DNA of 63,438 nt, filler included, from Octopus bimaculoides (lineage: Eukaryota): NCBI RefSeq assembly GCF_001194135.2. It is 5 parts of 4 records of this genome, joined end to end, with 100 filler letters (N's around TTAATTAATTAA, not from the genome) between each part and the next. Parts side by side here need not be neighbours in the genome. Positions count along the whole stretch, not along the records: positions 1 to 24,443 come from NC_068981.1; 4 more parts are not named here. The stretch is one strand, 5' to 3'. A program made the position numbers and the translations under genes. Shown piece by piece: positions 1 through 11,600 of this stretch. A model generated the notes under the pieces. It was given only the letters and a program-made list of their open reading frames with translations, had not been told where the DNA came from and did not search any database. Each line of letters starts with the position of its first letter. Positions within the stretch are counted from its first letter, which is position 1.

Positions 1-1391
1 ATATATATATATATAGGAATATTTTTTGTCCAGTTGAAAATTTTCACAGATTTGTAACTACGTGCGTTCCAAAAAGTAGGTAGAATTGATTTCCATCAAG
101 ATGAAATTCCCTAAGCCATTGTCTTCTCTAGGTTGTTGTTAATTTTTCATACAGAAAATTTTGTACTATAGGAAACTGTATGGATGGGCATAATAGATTC
201 AAGGTATTGCTGGTTCCAAGGTATTTAATCTTAAGATAGAATTCTGATTCTCTACGTTTCCTGAAGTTGAAATTTCTGCTAAAGTCAGCTTTACCTTCCA
301 CTGTAGTCGTATAAATAAATGCCATTATTATGTGCTTCGACGTATTTGACTCTCTTCACCTCATTTCGAAATTTGTTTCTACTGCCTGGGAAAAATCAAT
401 TATTGATATAATAGAATAGAAAAAAGTGATAAACAAAAGACAACATTGCGAGATGCCCTCTCCTTTATAATTTAATTGTTACTTGCCATCTCTGTGGACA
501 GTATTTTAATCAAGAAACTATTTTCCATTACATGTATTTGGTCAACTGTAAAACATATAACGTTGATCTAATAATATCATTAAATCTATAAATTAAATCA
601 TTATTAACGCCAGTCTAAGAAATCCTTTCGATATAAACACACTAACACACTACAACGCATACTCATGAATTCAAATATACAACAGAATACACAATTATCA
701 CTATTTTTAGAAAATTCTGATGATAATCAGATTAAATTTAAACATTGATTTATTTTGACTAGGCACAGAGCCGAAAATCTTATAAACGTTAAACATTTCC
801 AATAAAATCATGTGGATATTATTTTCAAGAGAGAAGACTTGGGAAAGGCTAGTGAGACAGCAGCTAATTCTCGCTGGAACGAAATCCAATGGTCCGTTTC
901 AGTTATTAATTAGAATGTCTTCGTTGCTGTACAAATGACTTTGAAAAGAACATGAAAGTGAAAAAAAAANNNNNNNNNNNNNNNNNNNNNNNNNNNNNNN
1001 NNNNNNNNNNNNNNNNNNNNNNNNNNNNNNNNNNNNNNNNNNNNNNNNNNNNNNNNNNNNNNNNNNNNNNNNNNGAGAGCGAGAGAGAGGGAGAGAGAGG
1101 GTGTGTGTGTGTGTGTGTTTGTGTTTGTGTGTGTATGTTATTTTACCACTATCACACACTCAAAAGTGCGCATGCACACACAGAGACACACAAGCGCGCG
1201 AATACACACACACACACTCGTATATACACGACGTTTCAAATTATTAGCGAGGTGTAATTAAAACTCATGTAAACAAGAAAATACCAATTTAACTGTGTGA
1301 TGTACATTTTTAAATGAACACATATAGTCTTAAACATGGAAGAACTAGAAATAAACAAATAAACAATGTTAAAAAATGATGGGTAAGCTGT

Positions 1392-1935
1392 TTAGTAAGG
1401 GATGTATGAGCGTTTGTTTGAAATAAGTTGAAAAAGACGCTGATTCTTGGAGCATGCTAATTTCTGGCTCTCCTCTGATGTTATACTACGTGATACATCC
1501 ACTATTGCCAGCCACAATTCATCCTTGCTCCTAAATTTGCATCCATTCTCGCAAACACATCGCTTTAGTATGCTCCACACATTTTCTGTTTGGTTTAAGC
1601 TGGGGAAACAGGCAGGTCATTTCATGTTCCCAGGTCCACAGAAATCTAATTGTTTCAGATATCTGTATTTTTCTTCGCTGCGTGCAAGGGTGCATTATCT
1701 TGCATGAATGTTATGATTGTCCTAATGTGATTCTTTGCTGTTTTAGTCAAGGTTCAAGGTACTCCCATAGAAAGGCTATGTAAGCATCCGCAATCGTCTT
1801 AATACATTCAGCAACTTTCCAGTGACCTAGCATAATGCCCCTAACAATCATGATGCCTGCCAAAATCATGATACCTCCTCTCCCTTGTTGGCGTCCCTTG
1901 CTCCAACCATCAGATCCATCAAGAGTAGGACGAGT
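1392..1935 (-). mobile_element. Decayed Tc1-family transposase, C-terminal DDE region
   Basis: Fragments RPTLDGSDGW..RQQGRGGIMILAGI..YIAFLWEYLEP and MWSILKRCVCENGCKFRSKDELWLAI..RLFQLISNKRSYIPY resemble Tc1 motifs (TLDGPDGW, RQQGGGGVMIWAG, NLWSILKR); frameshifted. Confidence 0.85.
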
Positions 1936-1988
1936 TATATATATATATATATATACAGATATATGCATGCATACATACATACATACAT

Positions 1989-2270
1989 CCAGATTACAAG
2001 TTCAGGTTTATACCTGTAATTATCGTGGCCCTGGGATATGTAACACACTGCTTGAATACCAAGCTTGAGAAATTAGACTTTTCAAAACCAGAAAGGAGAA
2101 AAGTAATACGAAGGCTACAGATCCCATCCATCACTGGAATTGTAAAAATCTGTAAAACTTTCCAGTAGTTTATCATTTAAATACATGGGCATGTCTAGAT
2201 ATATAACTCTATGCATGAGAATACATACATAAAACATACAAATCTGCATATACATACATACATACATACA
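1989..2270 (+). mobile_element. 5'-truncated RLE-type non-LTR retrotransposon 3' end (R2/R4 superfamily) with (TACA)n tail
   Basis: PDYKFRFIPVIIVALGYVTHCLNTKLEKLDFSKPERRKVIRRLQIPSITGIVKICKTFQ resembles the RLE C-terminus (PxxxGALG motif). A short 3' UTR follows, then TACA repeats at 2251-2270; TACA repeats also lie upstream at 1970-1988. Confidence 0.75.
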
Positions 2271-2701
2271 AATTTAGGTATTATCATAATTATTATCATA
2301 ATTATACACATAATCAGACAAGCTGCGTTATTTTCAATTGTTATAAATGTCTCGTTTCTGTCGTTGTCCCTCCTGGCCTGCTTCTGGTACCAGTCATATC
2401 TGGTAGTTCTCTCGAAATTTCCGACTGTACGCTTCGCTTAAATTTTAGTGGCATTCTGTTATCATTCCGTTATCCATACCTGAAATATTATCGGGTTTAT
2501 GATTTCCGCTTCGCATGAGCCATGGTTTACATATTTAACAATAAAACGAATGAAAGGAATCACAAGTTTAATAATAAGAAAGATTGATGAGATGCTTTGA
2601 GCTTCAATTCATAAAAGTGAAGTTTCAAAATGTCTAGATGCAACCCAAAAGAAACTGGTTCATCATTATGTGGCTAGCATAATGGAATAGAAGCTTTATT
2701 T

Positions 2702-2787
2702 GAATATGCAAAACGTTTCCCTCAAACAAAATTATACATATATATATACATATATAATTTTTTTTGCGGGAAACGTTTTGCATATTC
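2702..2787. repeat. Near-perfect 86-bp palindrome (35-bp arms, 16-nt AT-rich spacer)
   Basis: 2702-2736 versus the reverse complement of 2753-2787: 33 of 35 positions identical by direct comparison. Confidence 0.9.
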
Positions 2788-2815
2788 CATTATGTGTGTG
2801 TGTGTGTGTGTGTGT

Positions 2816-3112
2816 GAAGAAGAAGAAGAAGAAGAAGAAGAAGAAGAAGAAGAAGAAGAAGAAGAAGAAGAAGAAGAAGAAGAAGAAGAAGAAGAAGAAG
2901 AAGAAGAAGAAGAAGAAGGATCGCGGAAGTGCTATGGCAGTAATAGAATATTGTGGGAATCCTGTCAAATGGTCTAGTGACATAAAAGTGACCCGTTGTG
3001 GTTGTAATAGTAGATCACTTGACCATTTAAGAGGATTCGACCAACATTCTACTACTGACAAACAACTCCCGCATTTTTCTTCTTCTTCTTCTTCTTCTTC
3101 TTCTTCTTCTTC
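2816..3112. repeat. (GAA)n - 58-bp arm - 34-nt loop - inverted 58-bp arm - (TTC)n foldback
   Basis: (GAA)~34 at 2816-2918; arms 2923-2980 and 3015-3072 match 45 of 58 as inverted repeats; (TTC)12 at 3077-3112. Confidence 0.85.
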
Positions 3113-5932
3113 AACTACTACTACTACTACTACTACTACTTCTTCTTCTTCTTCTTCTTGTTCTTGTTCTTCTTCGCCGNNNNNNNNNNNNNNNNNNNNN
3201 NNNNNNNNNNNNNNNNNNNNNNNNNNNNNNNNNNNNNNNNNNNNNNNNNNNNNNNNNNNNNNNNNNNNNNNNNNNNNNNNNNNNNNNNNNNNNNNNNNNN
3301 NNNNNNNNNNNNNNNNNNNNNNNNNNNNNNNNNNNNNNNNNNNNNNNNNNNNNNNNNNNNNNNNNNNNNNNNNNNNNNNNNNNNNNNNNNNNNNNNNNNN
3401 NNNNNNNNNNNNNNNNNNNNNNNNNNNNNNNNNNNNNNNNNNNNNNNNNNNNNNNNNNNNNNNNNNNNNNNNNNNNNNNNNNNNNNNNNNNNNNNNNNNN
3501 NNNNNNNNNNNNNNNNNNNNNNNNNNNNNNNNNNNNNNNNNNNNNNNNNNNNNNNTGCTTCTGCAACTCAATTGCTAATCCCTGTATATTTATAATGATA
3601 AATAGTTTTACCGATAAAGGTTTTTTTCATACTGAACTACTTGGCAGAATTGTTAATTATTAATTCTATTATTAATTGACGATTCTCTGCCCTTATTCTT
3701 GTATATATATATATATATATAGTCTTATATCATTACTAACATTCTCGCATAAAGATTAGGTTTCTTCGGAAGGGTAAATCATTATTTTTCGGTATTAAGA
3801 ATTTTGTGTACCCTCTACAAAATTTCTTTTGGTTATACATTAGAGTACTAATTCCACATGTAGGAAAATTCTTCGATACACACATGGTAGAACTCATCCA
3901 TATAATTATCTAAAAATTCCTAGAATAAATTTAAAATGTTGAAAATAAAATCGAACTCTTGAAATAACGAGCCCATGAAAGAATTTCGACCGTCTGGAAA
4001 CACCAAACGCATTTTCCTGGCATATGCTTTACCGCCTTATAAAAGAACGGACATTAGATAATACAAATCTGGGTATATAAATGATCATAGAGCTGAATGA
4101 CTTTGGCTGTAACAACAACAACAAAATATTTTTAACCATCTTTCAAACTGATAAGATAGCATACAAATTGTATAATGTTTCTTTTATACAGACTTACAGA
4201 CAGGCATTAAAAGAAAGAAAATCTTTCTATTCTTGTCTGAGAATATGCAAAGCCCCAAACAGAGCATTGTATTATTTTGTATTTGTTTAATTATATATAA
4301 ATAATGCATGTAAACAATTAGGATCATGTTCCTGATGATCATGGCCGTTTCCACGATGAAAATTCAACTGTTCAATCAACTGAGCTATCACGTTTATTGA
4401 ATTATCATGTTTCTGTCTGAGAATTCTAAAGATATGTGTACCTAAGTATAATTCTCAGGCCTAATCAACATAACAAAATTTGTTGCAAAACTGACCCTTG
4501 AATTACAGGTACAATATATCTGGCAGTTTCCCCATCGTTTTTTCCTACCATATTTTATTCCCGATGTTTCAGACAAACTGCGGCTGTGATAAAGTACATT
4601 TATGCAAGATGTCACACAATCTAGCCGCAAAGATTGTGAAGTAAATCTCTTAACACGGCGATGCTTGTGTCTACACAATAGTGGAACAAAGTATCATTTT
4701 TCATATTCGAAAGATTTGGAGTGAATCTATTTTGATATTCAATTTAAGCTTCTTGCATTACCGTAATACTCTTAAAATTTTCATAAAATCATAAATTTGG
4801 AAAATCCAAATATGTATTGATTTCTTACATAGAAAAAACTGTCTGCCATAATTTATATAAAAACATTTAAATGGTTAAGAATTCTTATTCAACATATTTC
4901 TATACCAAAATATTGTTGTAAATTGTTGTTGAAGACGATCGTCGTACTACTTTCGATGCAAGGCATATCAGCTTCACTTAATCACGTCCACCTATACATT
5001 TCAGATTTTACTGCTTTATAGAAAATCATTATAAGACCGAAGCAATGAGAATATAATTCAAGTAGACACTCGTCTACTGTTCGTGAAATATAGATTTACA
5101 AAATGAGATTTATCAAGCGAGAAACAACCGAGTGATTACAAGAATTAAAGGAATTGTCAAGTTATCATAATTTACAATGCGAGCAATAACTGTTGCAAGT
5201 ATCCTCTCGTTAATATGTAAATCTGAACTATTTATCGCTCTTACGATTCCATCGATGATTCTATAATTAGGCTACTGCACTGCTAGGAGACAAATACGAT
5301 TGGTCAAGTTAACCACACAGAAATACTATGTTCAGAGTGAGATATGTATGCATACATATTCATTATACACAAACACAAAACACTCAAAAACACACATAAA
5401 CATACGCATATTCATATATTCATTTCTCATCATAGTAGAAATTACATATGTGAAAGAAATTTAAGTACAATAAAACAATAAAGGAGCCTGGGTAGCACAT
5501 ATGCCTTAGGGATAGAAAAAGAGAGAATCGCCTAGGAAGAAGAAACATATTTGTATGTTCTTCCAATCCTAAATAAATGTGTTTACTATATTTAGTAGAA
5601 AAAATTCAATGCTAATGATTTTTCTGCAAAACATAATTTTAATACTAAAATTTTCCATCAGCATTCATTTCATTTACTGAATGAAACGAATTATTTGGGA
5701 TCTCCTGATGATATGAGCTCTTAACAAAAACCGATGGATGACTTTCAACGCTTTCCAGAATATATCTGTGCCGTACCGCTCGTTATGTTAAAAGATATGC
5801 GCGCCGAAGTTATACACGGAAGTATCTACAAGTTTACTTGCAACTTATTATCATGATTACGGAGATGTACATGTATAGCGAGTGTTTTGATCTGAGATCG
5901 CGTGTCGAAACTAAAGCGATTACTGCATGGAA

Positions 5933-6106
5933 GGCAGTCAGAAGCACACAAAACCGTTAACTTAAACGGTTAACTTTAAAATTGGGCAGAGATGAACAGC
6001 TTTTTGTCAGTAATCAGGTTACAGTTTCGTGCGATAAAAATTTTGACGCCGTATTACAAATAAACCTTTAAGCGAAATTAACGGTCATTGTGTTTTTCTG
6101 AGTGTC
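5933..6106. mobile_element. Candidate MITE with imperfect ~30-bp terminal inverted repeats
   Basis: ggcagtcagaagcacacaaaaccgttaactt pairs imperfectly with aaattaacggtcattgtgtttttctgagtgtc. No ORF and no clear TSD. Confidence 0.45.
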
Positions 6107-6830
6107 TAACTTTTGTCTTCTACGCTACAATCACTGATAATCCTGGTTTCAACTGAAAAAAAGATTGTTTTCATTTTCTCTCTCCTGAAAATGACTTTGA
6201 AATTAGCAAATAAATGCATTAAACACATTTGTACATTCCAACAATAAAATTTTCATTGTACATATTTTCCATTTATTGCAGATCAGAATTAAGATATCTA
6301 GATGGAAACAATTTTCACGTCAAATTGTAGGCTACCATCCAATGAATTCTAACTGCTGTTCTAAATACCACGATATTCAGTTACAAAAGTGTGGTATTTT
6401 CGTTTTCAAATTTTCATTTCAATATTTTTGCCCTGCATATTACTTTTATCCGAAATATAATATATTTGTCACTATGCATTAAACTATGCCTTACTATTCA
6501 TTGTTCATGTTTTACTCACAATTGAGAAATTGCTTGTTCTTGTTGGCAGCGTAACCAACACCCTAAGATTAAATAAACATAAGCTGCTCTGCCAACAACG
6601 CTTAAACCGAAGTGTGAAATATTAAATACTTGCATTGTTTCCTATTACAATAACAAAGAAGGTACTGAATTATGTATTTTGAAGAATGAAAATATTTTCA
6701 TATCTTTATCTGGTTTAAGTGGTTAGTGTGATTGTATATTCAATTTGAGCCTACTGTCTCAAATGCTTGTTACTCTTCATTGTATAATTTAGAATAGCTG
6801 TTATATAGCTTTTGAAATTTTCAGCCTGTT

Positions 6831-6942
6831 ATACCTGAAATACAATTTGATACAATTTGATACCTGAAATACAATTTGAAATACAATTTGATACCGGAAA
6901 TACAATTTGAAATACAATTTGATAGCTGAAATACAATTTGAT
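6831..6942. repeat. Compound minisatellite with core TACAATTTGA
   Basis: Seven copies of TACAATTTGA joined by short variable linkers (a, tacctgaaa, taccggaaa, tagctgaaa). Confidence 0.9.
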
Positions 6943-8600
6943 TTTTGAGAACCAAGAAAATATATCGGAATATAGCCTTGCCATTAGAGTCGTTAGGCCA
7001 TATTAGAAGTGAGGAATATGAAAACATGCTAAACTACCAAGTTATACTGAAATCGCTGCACAATCTAAATTATATTTTATTTCTACCAGCCATTATGAAA
7101 TCAAACTTCACCGTGACCTCTTAATTAGCATCCTACTTTACAATTGCAATGTTTCTTTTTACTACGAAAATAGAAACATTCTGGCCTCTAAACTAGAACA
7201 CTAGAAACACGAACTGGATTCCAGAATATTTCTTAATCCCATTTCTTATCATGAAGAGATTAATGCTGTCATCAGTTGATATAATATTGGTTACGTAAAG
7301 AAGCTTAAACAATTTCACAAATTTGATTATCTCCAAGATGCTCCAATTATATTTCTATCCAATATCTTAGAATCAACAGATGTGTATGATTCTCTTCTTT
7401 ATGCTATCTTACTCACGCGTCTGCAACCTCTCCATCTTCTGATCACTTTCTTTCTTATACTCTGCATACTTCATAACCCACAAACTAAGAGATATGCATC
7501 AAAATGTCCTCTGACTGGAAATATCTATTAAGTGTTGTCTCTTCTGATTCAATCAAGCATTTATGGTTTTCGTCTAAAACTGTTTTCACAGATATGAGCA
7601 CTTTTATTGTTTTCTATTTTCTTTTTCGATATTCTTTTTCTCTCTGATTAGTTGCCATAGTGAACTAGTGAAACGTGTCGGTTGAAGATTAACTAGAATG
7701 TTGTTCTGAGACCACTAAAATCTCTGTTTTTGTCTGTAATCAGTGATAATATTGTCTACTAGAGCATTCTGAGACAGTTATTGGTTAATTATTATTTTTC
7801 TATTATTCTTCGTTTGAATGTAAAGACGCAAAGAATCTCAAGGGATAGATGATTTTCTTTAAAATTAGCCATTGGATATCGATTCAAATATTTTACAAAT
7901 TTCAATATTTCATGGCATGTTTCTAAGAAATTGTTTGCAAATAAATCCAATCATTTCTTTGAAGTCCTTATCTGAAATTTTGGCATTGAATCTGGCAGAG
8001 AAAGAAGGAAAACATGAAACAAAATAGAAATGCCTTACACTAAGTGTTAGTATCAACTGTGCTGTCGTGTACGTTATTCATATATCTCTGTTTTCCTTTG
8101 TCTAGAAGTTGGTTTATTTGTCATTTTTTTTTCTTTCTAATGCAGGTATAGAAATAATTCATGTTCTATCTTAAACATACACTGAAATTAAATTTAAATT
8201 CTCAGTGTATACTAAGGTGTATTTCCCTCATTCAAAACGACGTTTCTATTTGTATATTTCATCAGTGCAGCTCCATATATAATTGAAAATGTACATAGAC
8301 ATACGCAAACCTACCAAAGTGACAACCTACATTGATACGTACACAGACGTATATATACCCACACACACGTAACATCATGATAAGTAAATAAATAAATAAA
8401 TAAATGTTGCGGCGAATTTCATCATATCGGCATACGAGGACCATTCATTTTAGTGTAATAGTGAATATTTTCCAAAGACTTCAGAACAGAAAATATCTAG
8501 GTTCCCAAGAGTATAGCTGGAGTAACCTCAAAAACTTGGAGCATAAATGTTCATTATAATCGCAGGATGTTATTCTTAGTTACATATATTTCAAGCTAAG

Positions 8601-8692
<92 letters not shown>

Positions 8693-8703
8693 GGTGGTGG
8701 TGG
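8601..8703. repeat. (GTA)n microsatellite grading into (GGT)n
   Basis: Direct reading. Confidence 0.97.
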
Positions 8704-9526
8704 GAGGAAAAATGATTTTCCCACGAACATTAAAATATAAATCACATTTCAACTAGAATGTTATGCCTTTGCTACCCAGAAACAGAGTATAGCTATTATC
8801 TCACCAACGAGAAAGATAAAGATACTTCTAAGATTCCATGTATTAGAAAATATCAATTTTATTTTGCCAATGTGGAAGATATTACCCTCATGAGTAACTT
8901 TCCAAAAGTACTCGCAAGTAACGAACTATCTGTGATGCGATACATCGTCGCCAAAAGCCATTTATAATGCAATCCGCAATAAGGATTGCTTTGATGGCCG
9001 TACCAGAATCACAACAGCACCAGCATCTATCCACACCTTTAGAGATAAAGAATACTTGTGGAAAATTCCAAAAAAAAGTTCAAACTTTATATGAACACAA
9101 GAGACTAGATATGGTTCTTTGGGATTAGCGGTACAAACCACAGATTGTTTAGATATAAGATGGCCAGTTGATATGAATGGGTCGTTAAAAATTGCAGAAA
9201 AGGAGAAATTTTATGGAACATTAATGAGAAAATTACAGCACATATACGTAGGCTAAAGACTTTCTCATTTGAATTATTGTCACCGGTGCAGTGGACAATG
9301 TAAAAAATATATTTGCATAAAACCCGGAATTGTTGTAGTTCTCCACATAAAAACAGAGCAAACTGATTCGCTCTCACCAAATGCAGTGGATTTACTGTAA
9401 AGTAAAAATATGAGCTATTCTGCGATTTTACGTTTGAGTTTGTAGGGTTGATCACATGCACAGAGTGACATGTGATCACACACAGACACACATACACATA
9501 TGAGTAGTAATACTGCACATACACAA

Positions 9527-9990
9527 CTATGTGAAGCCGCTGGAAACTGTGGTGAAAGCCTGGCTGGGGACTATTGCTGTTCGAAGGGCATATTTGTGGA
9601 AGCAGAATTCAGTTCCTTACTATATCACAGGAAGAGTCAGAGGTGGTTGTCGAAGAATTTCTGCAACTTGAGCACACCTGATTCTGGGCTTCTAATGACC
9701 CCGATTGTAATCCTATGGATTATGCTGTGTATAGTACCAACCGCTCTGCCTGCAACGCCAAGGCCGAGTTGGCAGCCAAGATCAAGGAGGTATTTGAAGA
9801 TGTTTCCCGACATACAGTGAGAAAAGCATGCACCAGGTTCCAGAACTTCCTTGTGGCTGTGGTGGAAGCTGAGGGCAGTTACTTCGAGTTAAGTACCAGT
9901 TCCTCGCTATAATCTAGTTGTTACTTCTTAGTTTATGGGATATTGCGGGATATTGTTTACTATTCCTTTTGTGCTCACTGTCAAATTTTG
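9527..9990 (+). mobile_element. Decayed DD37D/maT-like Tc1/mariner transposase, C-terminal part
   Basis: Fragments YVKPLETVVKAWL..YLWKQNS..DPDCNPMDYAVY..KAELAAKIKEVF..VRKACTRFQNFLVAVVEAEGSYFE resemble WQQDSAP / SPDCNPLDY / RLEAVIEANG motifs. Confidence 0.8.
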
Positions 9991-10237
9991 TCCGAAAACC
10001 ACGCGTGCAGATATATATAAATACACGAGTAAGATACTAAATGACTTGAAATACTCGTCCTGCCTTGGCTCTTGTTGTCCTTTTTCCTCTAATATAATAT
10101 ATACCTGCTAAGACAGAAGCCTGATACGGAACCCTAGCTCCAACCTCAGCTGTGAAGTTGTAACCTAACGGATAACCAAATATAGCACTTTAGATCACCA
10201 GTGAACTATATCGCTTCATATTCTATGTATATAAATA

Positions 10238-10244
<7 letters not shown>

Positions 10245-10324
<80 letters not shown>
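10245..10324. repeat. (TG)n microsatellite
   Basis: Direct reading. Confidence 0.97.
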
Positions 10325-10331
<7 letters not shown>

Positions 10332-10368
10332 TCTGTGTCTGTGTGTGTCTGTGTTTGTGCGTGTGTGG

Positions 10369-10369
<1 letters not shown>

Positions 10370-10408
<39 letters not shown>

Positions 10409-10905
10409 TATTATTATTATTATTATTTCAATTTTGTTTCCATTTCTTGCCGAGTCTTCCCTACACATAGGGCAAGAAACTCATTGTGTATAAGCTATCA
10501 AAACAAACGCCCCAGATTTTTCATTTAGAAAGTTATGTGATAGAAAAAAAAAGGAAACAAAGGCAGAGGAAACAAGGAAAAAAGAAAAAATGAAAGAAGT
10601 AAACCAAGAAAATAAGGGAAAAAAAGAAAGAAAATTCATAGCAACAAGGTTCTACTCAATACGTGTGACGTACTAGTTAAGACAATTTTTTTCACTTCCT
10701 GTATGTATGGTACACCAGGGATCATCCTCAAATAATTTTCAGTTCTCTTTTTGATCATTCCAAGTGCTCCTGCAACCACTGGTATTGTAACCGTCTTGAG
10801 ATGACACATTTTTTTCGATTTCATATTTTATATTTTCTGAGATTGTCAAATTTTTTGTCGAGATATTATGATCACAAGGTATGCTCGTGTCAATCAATAA
10901 ACATA

Positions 10906-10909
<4 letters not shown>
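10370..10909 (-). mobile_element. R4/Dong-like RLE LINE 3' end, copy 1, with (AAT)n tail
   Basis: KICLLIDTSIPCDHNIS.. and CHLKTVTIPVVAGALGMIKK..VKKIVLTSTSHVLSRTLLL* form the RLE endonuclease C-terminus. About 200 nt of 3' UTR follow, ending ctcggcaagaaatggaaacaaaattgaa(ata)n. Confidence 0.85.
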
Positions 10910-10964
<55 letters not shown>

Positions 10965-10991
10965 NNNNNNNNNNTTATTATTATTATTATC

Positions 10992-11050
<59 letters not shown>

Positions 11051-11600
11051 CATCATTATTATGAAAGACTCTCGGATAGTTCTCAATTACCGGTTGTTCT
11101 TTATTTGAAAGCAGGCAATAGCAAATCACCAAAGGTTTCAAGAAGTACCTTCTCCTGTGATTCAAAGAAACAATACTCTCCATAGAATGCGAGCTGTACC
11201 CAACAATGCTGTCTTCTGAATCACTTCGAGCTTAACAGTAGTTCCAATATTCTTAATATGTTTTTTCAAACCCCTTGGAAACTGCTCCTAATGCTCCACT
11301 TACCACCGGTATCACCATTACTTTCCTTATGCCCCATAACTTTCCTACCACGTCCCGCAGTGGCTGATATTTCTCACTCTTCTCTGTTTCCTTATATTTC
11401 ACCCTCGAATCGTCTGTATTGTAACATCTATTATCTTTGCTTCTTTTTCATTTTTATGGATGATCACGATATTTGGCTGTTTCGCCTTTATGACTTGGTC
11501 GCACTGTATATTAAAATCCCAGAGTATTTTGCAATGTTCTTTTTTATACTCGGTTTTATACCTATTTTCTAGATTGCAACTGGAAAATGGGGTGCTTGGT
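10910..11600 (-). mobile_element. R4/Dong-like RLE LINE 3' end, copy 2 (different subfamily), with long (AAT)n tail
   Basis: KILWDFNIQCDQVIKAKQPNIVII..KIIDVT..EKSEKYQPL..KLWGIRKVMVIPVVSGALGAVSKG..IQKTALLGTARILWRVL*. The tail (10910-11061) abuts the 5' truncation point of copy 1. Confidence 0.85.

Noticed and set aside
30-400. LRR-like motif LREFHLDGNQF (83-115, minus) in frame behind ORF 128-325
   Set aside because: It is a single motif separated by a stop, and AT-rich DNA yields L/F/N-rich peptides by chance. No second convincing repeat or domain. A BLASTX would settle it.
6290-6620. IFLPCILL segment resembling Cys-loop receptor TM1 (chemotactile receptor idea)
   Set aside because: No TM2 signature or ligand-binding domain, stops nearby, and no supporting splice structure.
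7485-7658. 57-aa minus-strand ORF MATNQREKEYRKRKIETIK..
   Set aside because: Short, unrecognised and followed by multiple stops.
10201-10528. ORFs of CVCV, HTHT, YIYI, poly-I/L/Y/N and DGWM type here and elsewhere
   Set aside because: They are translations of simple repeats with no coding signal.
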